Below, piece after piece: positions 55,553 through 63,888 of a stretch of 64,000 bases of DNA. The translations under genes were made by a program, and so were the position numbers. This DNA comes from an uncultured bacterium (GTDB lineage Bacteria; Krumholzibacteriota; Krumholzibacteriia; LZORAL124-64-63): positions 2,482 to 66,481 of the forward strand of contig CAIOLW010000051.1 in NCBI GenBank assembly GCA_903859215.1, written 5' to 3'. The notes beneath the pieces are model-generated. The model worked only from the letters and a program-made list of their open reading frames with translations, did no database searches and was not told where the DNA came from. Each line of letters begins with the position of its first letter. Within the stretch, counting starts at the first letter, position 1.

Positions 55553-56530
55553 CTACATCGTCAGGGCCATGAGGGCCTTGGCGGTGTGCAGCCGGTTCTC
55601 GGCCTCGTCCCAGACCACCGAGTGCGGGCCGTCGATGACCGCGTCGGTGACTTCCTGGCCGCGGCTGGCCGGCAGCGGGTGCATGTAGATGCTGTCCTTG
55701 GCGGTCAGCGCCATGCGCTTCTCGTTGGCGATCCAGTCGGGATACTTGCTGATGTGCTGCACCGCGGCCTGGCGGTCGGGCTCGGTGACCAGGCAGCCCC
55801 AGCTCTTCGGGTAGACGATGTGCGCGCCCTCGAAGGCGGCATCCATGTCGTCGACCATCTCGAACTTGGTGCCGTTGGCCGCCGCGTTGGCCTGTGCCTG
55901 CGCGAGGATCTCGGGCATCAGCTTGAATTCCTTCGGGTGCGCCAAGGTCACGTCCAGGCCGAAGCGCGACATCATCAGGATGGTCGACTGCGGCACCGAG
56001 ATGGGGCGCACGTACGACGGCGCGTACGTCCAGCTGACGGCGATCTTGCGGCCGCGCAGCCCGTCGGGGAACTTCTCGCGGATCGTCATCAGGTCGGCGA
56101 CGGCCTGGCAGGGATGGTAGATGTCGCACTGCATGTTCAGCACCGGCACGCGGCTGAGCGAGGCGACGCTGCGGAGGAAGGCGTTGCCCTTGCCCCAGTC
56201 GCAATTGCGGATGGCGATGCCGTGGCCCATGCGGCTGAGCACGCGCGCCGTGTCCTCGGCGGTCTCGCCGTGGCTGACCTGCAGCTTCTCGGGGCTCAGG
56301 TCGTGCGCGTGGCCGCCCAGCTGGGTCATGCCGGCCTCGAACGAGTTGCGCGTGCGCGTGCTCTGCTCCCAGAACAGCATGAACAGGGTGCGGTCGCGCA
56401 GCAGCGCGTGGGGCTCGTCACGGTAGAACTTCCGCTTCAGGTCGGAACTGGTCTCGAGCAGGAGCTCCAGCTCGGCGCGCGTCCATTCCTGGGTGTCGAT
56501 GAAGTGGCGTCCCTGCAGCGGCTTGCTCAT
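55553..56530 (-). CDS. ygeW: YgeW-like knotted carbamoyltransferase (ATC/OTC superfamily)
   Basis: EQSTRTRNSF, QVSHGETAEDTARV, NMQCDIYHPCQAVADL, KIAVSWTYAPSYVRPISVPQSTILMMSRFGLDVTLAHP, GAHIVYPKSW and YMHPLP align closely with E. coli YgeW as I recall it. At 325 aa it is shorter than YgeW at both ends. Confidence 0.82.
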   Translation of the reverse strand: MSKPLQGRHFIDTQEWTRAELELLLETSSDLKRKFYRDEPHALLRDRTLFMLFWEQSTRTRNSFEAGMTQLGGHAHDLSPEKLQVSHGETAEDTARVLSRMGHGIAIRNCDWGKGNAFLRSVASLSRVPVLNMQCDIYHPCQAVADLMTIREKFPDGLRGRKIAVSWTYAPSYVRPISVPQSTILMMSRFGLDVTLAHPKEFKLMPEILAQAQANAAANGTKFEMVDDMDAAFEGAHIVYPKSWGCLVTEPDRQAAVQHISKYPDWIANEKRMALTAKDSIYMHPLPASRGQEVTDAVIDGPHSVVWDEAENRLHTAKALMALTM

Positions 56531-56718
56531 GGTCTCTCCTTGGGAGTTCCGGCGGTCGCAGCCCGTGCGCGTCCGCGTTCACAGTTCCTGGTTCGTGGTT
56601 CCGGCTCGTGCTTGCGCCAATCCCGCAAAATACTACGCTCAGGGCGCGATTGGCAACGTGAAGGGTGTCCTGGGCGCGGGAAACGGCGGGGCGGGCGCCC
56701 GCTGTCTCCCAAAATGAA

Positions 56719-56746
56719 GGCGCCCGCCCCAGTCGGGACGGGCGCC
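56719..56746 (-). terminator. intrinsic terminator after the LTD gene
   Basis: GGCGCCCG (56719-26) pairs with CGGGCGCC (56739-46). On the minus strand it is followed by TTCATTTT. Confidence 0.55.
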
Positions 56747-56767
56747 GTGTCGTAAGCTCCAGCCGGC

Positions 56768-57409
56768 CTAGCGGAAGGTGGCCTTCAGGCCGCCCCAGGA
56801 GGTGCCCTCGTCGGGCACCGCGCCGCAGTCGGTGACGTGGCCGCCCAGGCCGCTGAACGTGTCGATCGCGAAGAACACCCAGCCCGTGCACGGGTTGAAG
56901 GCGTCGGTCGGGTTCGTGTCGCCCGTGCAGACGCTGCTGATGCGGCGCATCGTCAGGTTCGCCGTGCTGCCGCCGCTGCACGTCCAGGCCGTGCCGGGGT
57001 CCTCGCCGACGCGCCCGATGCTGTCGATCACGGTGCTGCCGCCGTAGACCAGGACCAGCGCGTCGTTGCCGTTGAAGTTCAGGTTCGCGTCGATCTGGTT
57101 GGCGTGCGCCAGCAGCGCCGCGTCGGCCAGGTTGTGGACGATGACATGCGCCGCGCCGGGCGCCAGGTTGATCGACGGCAGGACGATCGAGTAGGCCGTC
57201 GCCGAACCGTTCGAATAGCGATCGAGGTGGTAACTGCCCAGGCTCACCACGTCCTGGGTGCCGTTGTAGATCTCGATGGCCTTGTTGTTGGCTGACCCCT
57301 CGATGTACTCACTGATGATGAGGTTCGAGGTCTGGGCCAGCGCACCGGAGGCCCACATGACAACCAGCGTGACCGCAGCCAGCGCGCGCATCTTGATCCT
57401 GGTGCTCAT
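56768..57409 (-). CDS. secreted stand-alone lamin-tail-domain (ExeM/NucH-type LTD) protein ending in WGGLKATFR
   Basis: ATG at 57409 after GAGGAG (the ORF extends to 57454). Signal peptide ALAAVTLVVMWASGALAQT. LIISEYIEGSANNKAIEIYNGT...LGSYHLDRYSNG...LAPGAAHVIV...NFNGNDALVL match the LTD found at the N-terminus of ExeM/NucH nucleases. There is no nuclease domain. Confidence 0.75.
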   Translation of the reverse strand: MSTRIKMRALAAVTLVVMWASGALAQTSNLIISEYIEGSANNKAIEIYNGTQDVVSLGSYHLDRYSNGSATAYSIVLPSINLAPGAAHVIVHNLADAALLAHANQIDANLNFNGNDALVLVYGGSTVIDSIGRVGEDPGTAWTCSGGSTANLTMRRISSVCTGDTNPTDAFNPCTGWVFFAIDTFSGLGGHVTDCGAVPDEGTSWGGLKATFR

Positions 57410-57483
57410 GGCACTCCTCGGGGACAGGCGAGTGGGCGACTCGGGGCGACGCATCCCGCGAACACGGGGGGCGCAGCCCTGAG

Positions 57484-57513
57484 ATTATATCAAATGAAAG
57501 GCGTGTTTGTCAA
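57484..57513 (-). promoter_or_regulatory. consensus sigma70-type promoter TTGACA-N18-TATAAT for the LTD gene
   Basis: The minus strand reads ggTTTGACAaacacgcctttcatttgaTATAATctc. The -35 is at 57508-57513 and the -10 at 57484-57489. Confidence 0.6.
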
Positions 57514-57514
57514 A

Positions 57515-57566
57515 CCCGGAGGTGGAGGGCCAACCCCGCCCCGGGGCCTCCCTTAGCCCCTCCGGG
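57515..57566 (-). terminator. long GC hairpin after ygeY (candidate terminator)
   Basis: Outer stem CCCGGAGG (57515-22) pairs with CCTCCGGG (57559-66), with further internal pairing. On the minus strand it is followed by TTTG. Confidence 0.4.
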
Positions 57567-57573
57567 CTGCGTT

Positions 57574-58779
57574 TCAGCCGTTCATCAGTTCGTGCGGCAG
57601 CGCGGCGTAGAAGGCGCAGGCCGCCACCACGTCGTCGATGGGCACGTATTCGTCGGCCATGTGCGCGATTTCCTCGCGCCCCGGCCCGAAGCCCAGGCAC
57701 GACACCCCGTGCAGCCCCATGATGGCCACGCCGTTGGTGCTGAAGTTCCAGCGCGAAATCTCTGCCGGGCGGCCCGCCGTCGAGGTGAACGCCCGCTGCG
57801 CCGCCTGCAGCGCCGGGTGCTTCTCGTCCAGGACCCAGGTCGGGTAGTACTTGTCCATCGGGTATTCGAGCCCGGTCCAGGCCTTCTCGCGGTAGGTCAG
57901 CGTGAAGACCTCGGCCTCGACGCCGGCGTCCTTCATCGCGGCGGTGACCTCGGCCAGCGCCGACTCGCGCGTCTCGCCGACGGTCAGGCGGCGGTCGATG
58001 TGGAACTCGGCCTCGGCCGGCACCGCGCACAGGCTGGGGGTCTTGCAGCCGATCCAGCTGATCGTGCAGGTGCCCTTGCCCAGGAAGGCGTCGTCCTTCA
58101 GGCGCTCGTTCAGTTTCTCGATGGCGCTGATCGCGGGCGCGATCTTGTAGATGGCGTTGTCGCCCAGGTGCGGCATGCTGCCGTGGCACGAGCGGCCCTT
58201 GACCCGCACGCGGATCTCCATGCGCCCGCGCTGGCCGCGGTTGATGCGCAGGTTCGTCGGCTCGGTCGAGACGACCAACTCCGGCGCCAGGCGCTTCTCG
58301 TTCAGGATGTAGTGCCAGCACAGGCCGTCGCAGTCCTCTTCCATCACGGTGCCGGTCATCCAGACCTGGCAGCCGTCGAGCAGGCCCAGTTCCTTCATGA
58401 TCTTGCCGGCGTAGACCATGCCGGCCATGCCGGCCTTCTGGTCGACCGCGCCGCGGCCGAAGACCTTGCCGTCCTCGACCTTGCCCTCGAACGGGTCGCA
58501 GTGCCACTGCGTGAGGTCGCCGACGTCGACGGTGTCCATGTGCGCATCGAAGGCGAAGACGCGGGGTCCGCTGCCGATCCGGCCGAGCACGTTGCCCAGC
58601 GGGTCGATCTGCACCTCGTCGAAGCCGACCGCTTCCATCTCGCGCGCCACGCGGCGCACGCACTCCTCTTCCTGCCCGGACAGGCCGCGCGCGGCGACGA
58701 TGTCGCGCAGGAACGCGATCATCGGGTCCTGGAGTTCCTTTGCCCGCGCGGCGATGCGGTTGCCGATGTCGTCGCTCAT
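57574..58779 (-). CDS. ygeY: YgeY family (selenium-metabolism-linked) M20 peptidase/deacylase
   Basis: FLRDIVA..S...EE..V, FDAHMDTV, GRGAVDQKAGMAGMVYAGKIMKELGL, TGTVMEEDCDGLCWHYI, VVSTEPTNLRINRGQRGRMEIRVRVKGRSCHGSMPHLGDNAIYK and FSTNGVAIMGLHGVSCLGFGPG are near-colinear with E. coli YgeY. Confidence 0.9.
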   Translation of the reverse strand: MSDDIGNRIAARAKELQDPMIAFLRDIVAARGLSGQEEECVRRVAREMEAVGFDEVQIDPLGNVLGRIGSGPRVFAFDAHMDTVDVGDLTQWHCDPFEGKVEDGKVFGRGAVDQKAGMAGMVYAGKIMKELGLLDGCQVWMTGTVMEEDCDGLCWHYILNEKRLAPELVVSTEPTNLRINRGQRGRMEIRVRVKGRSCHGSMPHLGDNAIYKIAPAISAIEKLNERLKDDAFLGKGTCTISWIGCKTPSLCAVPAEAEFHIDRRLTVGETRESALAEVTAAMKDAGVEAEVFTLTYREKAWTGLEYPMDKYYPTWVLDEKHPALQAAQRAFTSTAGRPAEISRWNFSTNGVAIMGLHGVSCLGFGPGREEIAHMADEYVPIDDVVAACAFYAALPHELMNG

Positions 58780-58836
58780 CTGTGTCCTTCGTCCTTCCGG
58801 TCTATCCGTCGTTGTCGTTGCCGTCGGCCCGACAGG

Positions 58837-60177
58837 TTACGACTGCCAGCCCATGGCCCGCCACAGCTTGGCCGCGGCTGCCTGCAACCGGGCGGATTCC
58901 ACCGGCGGCTTCATGCCTGCCGCGTAGGCCCGCGCCCCGCCGACGTAGACGGCGTCGATGTCCCACGGGTGGAAGTCGAACAGCAGGTGGCTCAGCCAGG
59001 TGTCGGTCGTCAGCGGCGTCTTCTGGAAATTGTTGAGGATGATGAAGTCGGCGGGCGCGCCGGGCTCCAGGGAACCGAACGGTTCGCCGAAGATCTCGCG
59101 GGCCAACCGGTAGTTGCCCAGCCACAGGCGCGCGGCGCCGGCGTGGCCCAGGGGCCCGCGGCCGCCCTCGTTGCCGCGGAAGAAGGTGGTGCGCAGCTCG
59201 CCCCACATGTTGTCGTCCAGGCCGTCGGTGCCCACGCCGCTGCGGGCGGGGAACCGGTCGACCGGCGCGCGGCCGACGCCGTTGTTCATGTTCGAGCGCC
59301 CGCAGTGCACCAGCCAGGCACCGTTCTCCTCGAGCGTCTGCATGTCCAGGGGCGAAAGGTCCACGCCGTGGGCGAAGATGCTGCCCGGGCGCACCAGCCC
59401 GTTGTCCAGCAGGCGCTGCAGCGGGTCGCGCCAGCCGCGGTCGCGGCTGACCTCGCGGTCGGTCGTGCCCTCGGCCAGGTGGATGTGCAGCCCGGCGCCC
59501 TGCCGGCTGCAGATGCCTTCGAGCAGCTGCAGCGTGCGATCCTCGAGCGTGAACGAGGCGTGCGCCCCGACCAGCCCGCGAAAACGCGGCACGTCGCCGC
59601 CGACGGGCTTGTCGCGCAGCTTCTGCAGGTAGCGCTCGTTCTCCTCAAGCGTGATGTCGCGCTGGCCCTTGCCGCCGCGGTCGGTGACCTCGTAGCACAG
59701 GCAGCCGCGCAGGCCGACCTCGGTCAGGCCCTGCTCGATGCGGTCCAGCGAATTGCCCACGTTCGACAGGCTCGCGTGGTGATCGAAGATGAGCGTGGTG
59801 CCACAGCGCACGGCGCCCCAGGCGCCGGCCAGTGCGCTCAGGTACACAGCCTCGGCGTCGAGGGCGCGGTCGAGCGGCCACCAGATCTCGGTCAGGATGT
59901 CGGTGAAGGTCGTCAGCGGCACGCGCGGCGCGGGCATGCCGGCGGCCAGCGATGCGTAGAGGTGCCCGTGCGCATTGATGTTGCCGGGCATGACGGTGCG
60001 GCCGCCCAGGTCGATGACCTCCTCGCCGGCACGCGGCTCCAATGCCGGCCCGCGTTCGACGACGCGTTCGCCGTCCATGCGCAGGTCCACCCGTTCGACG
60101 AGCGGGCGGGGCGCCCCTGCCAGGTCGGACGGGAAGTAGTCCAGAACGTTGCCGTTCTTCAGCAGCAGACCGCCCAC
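58837..60177 (-). CDS. ssnA: SsnA-like amidohydrolase (chlorohydrolase/deaminase family)
   Basis: GTG at 60177 lies 7 nt after AGGAGG, inside ORF 58837..60711. VMPGNINAHGHLY, IFDHHAS, GLHIHLAE, LVHCGRSNMNNGVGR and VGTDGLDDNMWGELRTTFF parallel E. coli SsnA. Confidence 0.85.
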   Translation of the reverse strand: MGGLLLKNGNVLDYFPSDLAGAPRPLVERVDLRMDGERVVERGPALEPRAGEEVIDLGGRTVMPGNINAHGHLYASLAAGMPAPRVPLTTFTDILTEIWWPLDRALDAEAVYLSALAGAWGAVRCGTTLIFDHHASLSNVGNSLDRIEQGLTEVGLRGCLCYEVTDRGGKGQRDITLEENERYLQKLRDKPVGGDVPRFRGLVGAHASFTLEDRTLQLLEGICSRQGAGLHIHLAEGTTDREVSRDRGWRDPLQRLLDNGLVRPGSIFAHGVDLSPLDMQTLEENGAWLVHCGRSNMNNGVGRAPVDRFPARSGVGTDGLDDNMWGELRTTFFRGNEGGRGPLGHAGAARLWLGNYRLAREIFGEPFGSLEPGAPADFIILNNFQKTPLTTDTWLSHLLFDFHPWDIDAVYVGGARAYAAGMKPPVESARLQAAAAKLWRAMGWQS

Positions 60178-60241
60178 GGTTTCGCCTCCTGCACGGATGG
60201 ACCGATGCGCGCCGACGCGCGGGACGCGGCACGTTGGCTCA

Positions 60242-60270
60242 ATGATAGAGCCACGGCCGGGAATTTCCAA
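60242..60270 (-). promoter_or_regulatory. sigma70-like promoter TTGGAA-N17-TATCAT upstream of ssnA-ygeY
   Basis: The minus strand reads cgTTGGAAattcccggccgtggctcTATCATtgag. The -35 is at 60265-70 and the -10 at 60242-47. This leaves a leader of about 60 nt to the GTG. Confidence 0.5.
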
Positions 60271-60380
60271 CGCCGGGCTGCGCCGAAACCCGTCCTTTCC
60301 GGTCCTTTCACGGGACCCGGCAGGGAGAAGGGACTGCCGGCGGCAGCCCCTTTTCCCACGCGATCCCTCGGTGAACCGGC

Positions 60381-61415
60381 CTAGTCCGGTTTGAGCTCGG
60401 ACACCTGCTTGAAGGCGTTCTTCAGCATGAACTCGGTGACGACCCAGACTTCCGGGCGCCCGCGCACCCGCATCCACGTGCCGCCCGGCTTGTCGCCGGC
60501 GGCCGGCCGGTCGGCTCCGAACTCCAGGACCACCTGCCGCCCGTCGGCCATCACGAGCGTCGCCTCGCGCGACGGCTTGTCCAGGCCGTAGGCTGCCGCC
60601 GGCGCGGCGGGGTCGTCCAGGTCGTTGGCGTGGACGCTCGCCAGGGCGTTCAGCACCGGGTCCACCTTGGTCTTGGCCAGGTTCTGCGGCTTGCCGCCGC
60701 CCGTCTTCCATTCCCAGGTCGCGCGCGCCGAGGCTGTCGCCGCCGAGTCGCCGCCCGCCGGCGCGGGGGCCGCGAACGCCTTCACGAACTCGCGCGCGCC
60801 GTCCTTGTCGCGCAGGCGGATGGCGTCGACGGCGGCGCGGTCCTCCTGCACGGCCTGCAGGTCCAGGAAGTACCGCGGCCGGGGTGTCTCCGGCGCGCCG
60901 TAGATGCCCAGCTGCGACAGCACGCCGCCCTGCGCCAGGTACACGTCGTCCTTGCCCGGCAGCTTCACGAAGTTGCCGCCCGCGCCTTCGGGCCGGTTGC
61001 CGACCTCGAGCGCCAGGACCTCCTTGCCGTCCTTCCCGAAGGCCCGGATGGTCACCGCCGCGTCGGCCGCCAGGCCGTAGTCGGCCAGCACCTCGCGCCT
61101 GTCGGAGCGGAACTCGCCCGCCAGCCCGGCCAGCGATTTCAGCAACGCATCGATGCGCTCGCGGCTGGCCCGGGCGTTGAAATTCGACGTCACCCGCCAG
61201 CCGTCCGGGCCGGGCTCGAGCACGACCGCCTGCGGCTCGGCGCCGCGGCCCAGGACGATGCGCGACAGTTCGTCGGCCTTGTGCTCGCCCGCGAGCAGCG
61301 CCACGGTGGCCTCGCGCGAGGTTGCCCGCTTGTGGCCCAGCGACTGCATGACGCTGATCCCGCCCAGCACGACGACGAGGGCCGCGAGCATCAACAGTGT
61401 CTTCCGGCTCATCAT
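60381..61415 (-). CDS. DUF4340-like protein (accessory to GldG-type ABC systems)
   Basis: N-terminal TM segment LLMLAALVVVLGGISV. Its position directly after the gldG-like gene and its size are typical of DUF4340. Confidence 0.7.
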   Translation of the reverse strand: MMSRKTLLMLAALVVVLGGISVMQSLGHKRATSREATVALLAGEHKADELSRIVLGRGAEPQAVVLEPGPDGWRVTSNFNARASRERIDALLKSLAGLAGEFRSDRREVLADYGLAADAAVTIRAFGKDGKEVLALEVGNRPEGAGGNFVKLPGKDDVYLAQGGVLSQLGIYGAPETPRPRYFLDLQAVQEDRAAVDAIRLRDKDGAREFVKAFAAPAPAGGDSAATASARATWEWKTGGGKPQNLAKTKVDPVLNALASVHANDLDDPAAPAAAYGLDKPSREATLVMADGRQVVLEFGADRPAAGDKPGGTWMRVRGRPEVWVVTEFMLKNAFKQVSELKPD

Positions 61416-61428
61416 GCCGCCCCTCTCC

Positions 61429-63162
61429 TCAATGCTCTGCGGCGCCGCGCCGCAGGCTGTCGCGGTAGCGGGCCGCTTCCTTGCGCCTCATGCCGCTGCG
61501 CGTGATGCCGTACCCGGCCAGGACCGCCGGCACCAGCAGCACCGTGAACAGGCGCCAGAACACCTTGGCCTGCGCGTCCACCGGCTTGATGACCCGGCTG
61601 GTCAGCGCCTTGGCGCGGATGCTCAGCAGCGCCTGCGAACCGGCCAGGTAGTCGACGCCATTCATCATGAGCAGGCCGTTCTGCATCGCGCCGATGACGT
61701 TGTCGTCGAACATCCGCGCGCAGCCGATCACCATCAGGCGGCCGGGTTGCGGGGAGATCGGGCCCGGCTCCGCGGCGGGAGCTCCGGCGGCGTCGGGCCA
61801 CGCCGGAGTCGCGCGTCCGGACCAGGTGTCCGGGAAGATGCCCTCGACCATGACGGCCAGGGGCTGGGCGCCCAGCATCGGCTTGCCCGCGGTCGCGATC
61901 ATCTGCCCCGTGACCGGGCCCTGGCTCCAGGGCTCCTGCCAGCAGTTCGGGCTGCTGCTCATCAGCGTCGTGGCCTTGAGGTGCGCCGCCGACAGCTTCG
62001 CGGAGTCGGCGTTGACCGGCGTGCCCCACAGGTAGAACAGCTGGCCGATGCGGTTGACCACGGGCGAGGCCTTGTCCATCTGCGACTCGGTCACGCGGAT
62101 CTGCATCGGCACCCGCACGGGCTCGCGCGTCTGCACGCGCATGCCGCCGAGGTTGATCTCGCGCGGCAGATCGATGGCCTCCATCGCCGAATCCATGAAG
62201 TGGTCCTCGTTCACCGTGATGCCGAAGGCGGCGAGCATCGGCTCGAGGCCCGTCGTCACGTCCTGGCCGGTGATCGACCAGCCGCCGCTCGGCGCGGGAG
62301 AGTAGCCGTACTCGTGCGCCTGCTGGGCCAGGATCACGGGCGTGCCGCGCGTCAGGACGCGGTTGACCTCCCACGCCTGGCGCTCGTTCAGCGGCGTATT
62401 GGCCATGACGACCATCAGGTCGATGTCCGCCGGCGGCGTCGACATCGGCGTCAGGTCGACCGGCACGACCTCGTAGTGCTCCTGCTGCAGCATCTCGCGC
62501 AGCTTGGAGAACTGCTCCTGCGGTTCGGGCGGCTGCATGCCCTGCTGCAGGTACATCATCGCCAACTGGCGGTCGATTTCCTTCTTCGGCCCGAACACGG
62601 CCACCCGCGGCGCCCGGTCGCGCGTCAGGCGGTAGACCGGCCCGATGATGTCCTGCTCGAGCGAGGCCAGGCCCTGCGGCAGGACCTGCGGCAGCACCTC
62701 CTCGGGCTTGTCCTTGTACGCGATGGTCATTGCGCTCCAGATGAGCTTGATGCCCATCTCGTCCTTGTCGATGGACTGCACCTGGAACGGGCGGATGCCC
62801 TTGGCGCCGAGGGTCTTCTGCAGCTCCTCGTCGTCCTGCGGGTTGTAGACCGTGAACTCGAGCTTGCCCTTGGCCACCTGCTCGAAGTTCCGCATCTGCT
62901 CGGTGATGTCGCGCTCGAGCGTGCGCAGCTGCGTCGGCATCTTGGCCGCCGGCGTGATGTACAGCTTCACCTGCACCGGCACTTCGAGGTCCTTGAGCAC
63001 CGTCGCCGCCGCCGGCGACATCGTGAACAGCCGGTCGCGCGTCAGGTCCAGCCGCGCGCCGGGCAGGTTGCCCAGCACCGAGACCAGGAAGAACACGATC
63101 ACCGCCAGGAGGGCGGCCGCCGCGCCGAAGGTCAGGCGGAAGTTACGTCGCTTGTTGTTCAT
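61429..63162 (-). CDS. gldG: GldG-like 'ABC-type uncharacterised transport system' component
   Basis: ATG at 63162 (1-nt overlap with the permease stop, TGATG). It has N- and C-terminal TM anchors (AAALLAVIVFFLVSVLG, LFTVLLVPAVLAGYGI). LDLTRDRLFTMS and VVMANTPLNERQ are typical of GldG. Confidence 0.82.
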   Translation of the reverse strand: MNNKRRNFRLTFGAAAALLAVIVFFLVSVLGNLPGARLDLTRDRLFTMSPAAATVLKDLEVPVQVKLYITPAAKMPTQLRTLERDITEQMRNFEQVAKGKLEFTVYNPQDDEELQKTLGAKGIRPFQVQSIDKDEMGIKLIWSAMTIAYKDKPEEVLPQVLPQGLASLEQDIIGPVYRLTRDRAPRVAVFGPKKEIDRQLAMMYLQQGMQPPEPQEQFSKLREMLQQEHYEVVPVDLTPMSTPPADIDLMVVMANTPLNERQAWEVNRVLTRGTPVILAQQAHEYGYSPAPSGGWSITGQDVTTGLEPMLAAFGITVNEDHFMDSAMEAIDLPREINLGGMRVQTREPVRVPMQIRVTESQMDKASPVVNRIGQLFYLWGTPVNADSAKLSAAHLKATTLMSSSPNCWQEPWSQGPVTGQMIATAGKPMLGAQPLAVMVEGIFPDTWSGRATPAWPDAAGAPAAEPGPISPQPGRLMVIGCARMFDDNVIGAMQNGLLMMNGVDYLAGSQALLSIRAKALTSRVIKPVDAQAKVFWRLFTVLLVPAVLAGYGITRSGMRRKEAARYRDSLRRGAAEH

Positions 63163-63887
63163 CAGTACTTCCTCCCTTCCAGCCACAGCGCGTTGAGCAC
63201 CAGGAACACGACGGTCAGGCCCAGGAAGTAGGCCAGGTCGGCGGCGCCGACCACGCCGCGCAGCATCATCTCGTAGTGACTCGACAGGCCCAGGTAGTTC
63301 TGCAGCAGCGAACCGAAGCCCGGCACCCAGCCGTCGATGGTCGCGGCCACCGCCGGGATGCCCAGCACGAACAGGAGGAAGCAGGCCATGATGCCGAGGA
63401 TGACGGCCGAGATCTGGTCACGCATCAGGCCGCTGGTGAACGTCCCGATGCCCAGGTACAGCGCGCCCAGCAGCGCCGCGCCCAGGTAGCCGCTGAAGAT
63501 GGCGCCGCCGTCGGGGTTGCCCAGCGCGCCGACCATGATCGGCAGCGTCAGCGTGCCGGCCAGCGCCACCAGGTAGAACGCCAGCGCCGCCAGGTACTTG
63601 CCCAGCATGACGTCGGCCGTGCGCATCGGCAGCGTCATCAGCAGCTCGAAGGTGCCAAGGCGCTTGTCCTCGGCCCACAGGCGCATGCTGACGGCGGGGA
63701 TGAAGAAGATCAGGAAGAAGGGCAGGTTCCCGAAGAAGCCGCGCAGGTCGGCCGCCCCGTTCAGGAAGAAGCCCGTCATGAACAGCCCCGCGTTCAGCAC
63801 CAGGAAGGCGATGATGAAGATGTACGCGATGGGGCTGTTGAAGTAGGCGGCGAACTCGCGCCGGAAGATGGTCAGGCTGCTGCGCAT
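63162..63887 (-). CDS. ABC-2 type transporter permease (GldF-like)
   Basis: Six TM segments. The N-terminal FRREFAAYFNSPIAYIFI is typical of GldF/ABC-2 permeases. Confidence 0.85.
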   Translation of the reverse strand: MRSSLTIFRREFAAYFNSPIAYIFIIAFLVLNAGLFMTGFFLNGAADLRGFFGNLPFFLIFFIPAVSMRLWAEDKRLGTFELLMTLPMRTADVMLGKYLAALAFYLVALAGTLTLPIMVGALGNPDGGAIFSGYLGAALLGALYLGIGTFTSGLMRDQISAVILGIMACFLLFVLGIPAVAATIDGWVPGFGSLLQNYLGLSSHYEMMLRGVVGAADLAYFLGLTVVFLVLNALWLEGRKY

Positions 63888-63888
63888 C

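Noticed and set aside
57592-60384. A 930-aa + strand ORF across the ygeY/ssnA region.
   Set aside because: It is antisense to two genes that align almost colinearly with E. coli YgeY and SsnA. Its composition is typical of GC artefact ORFs.
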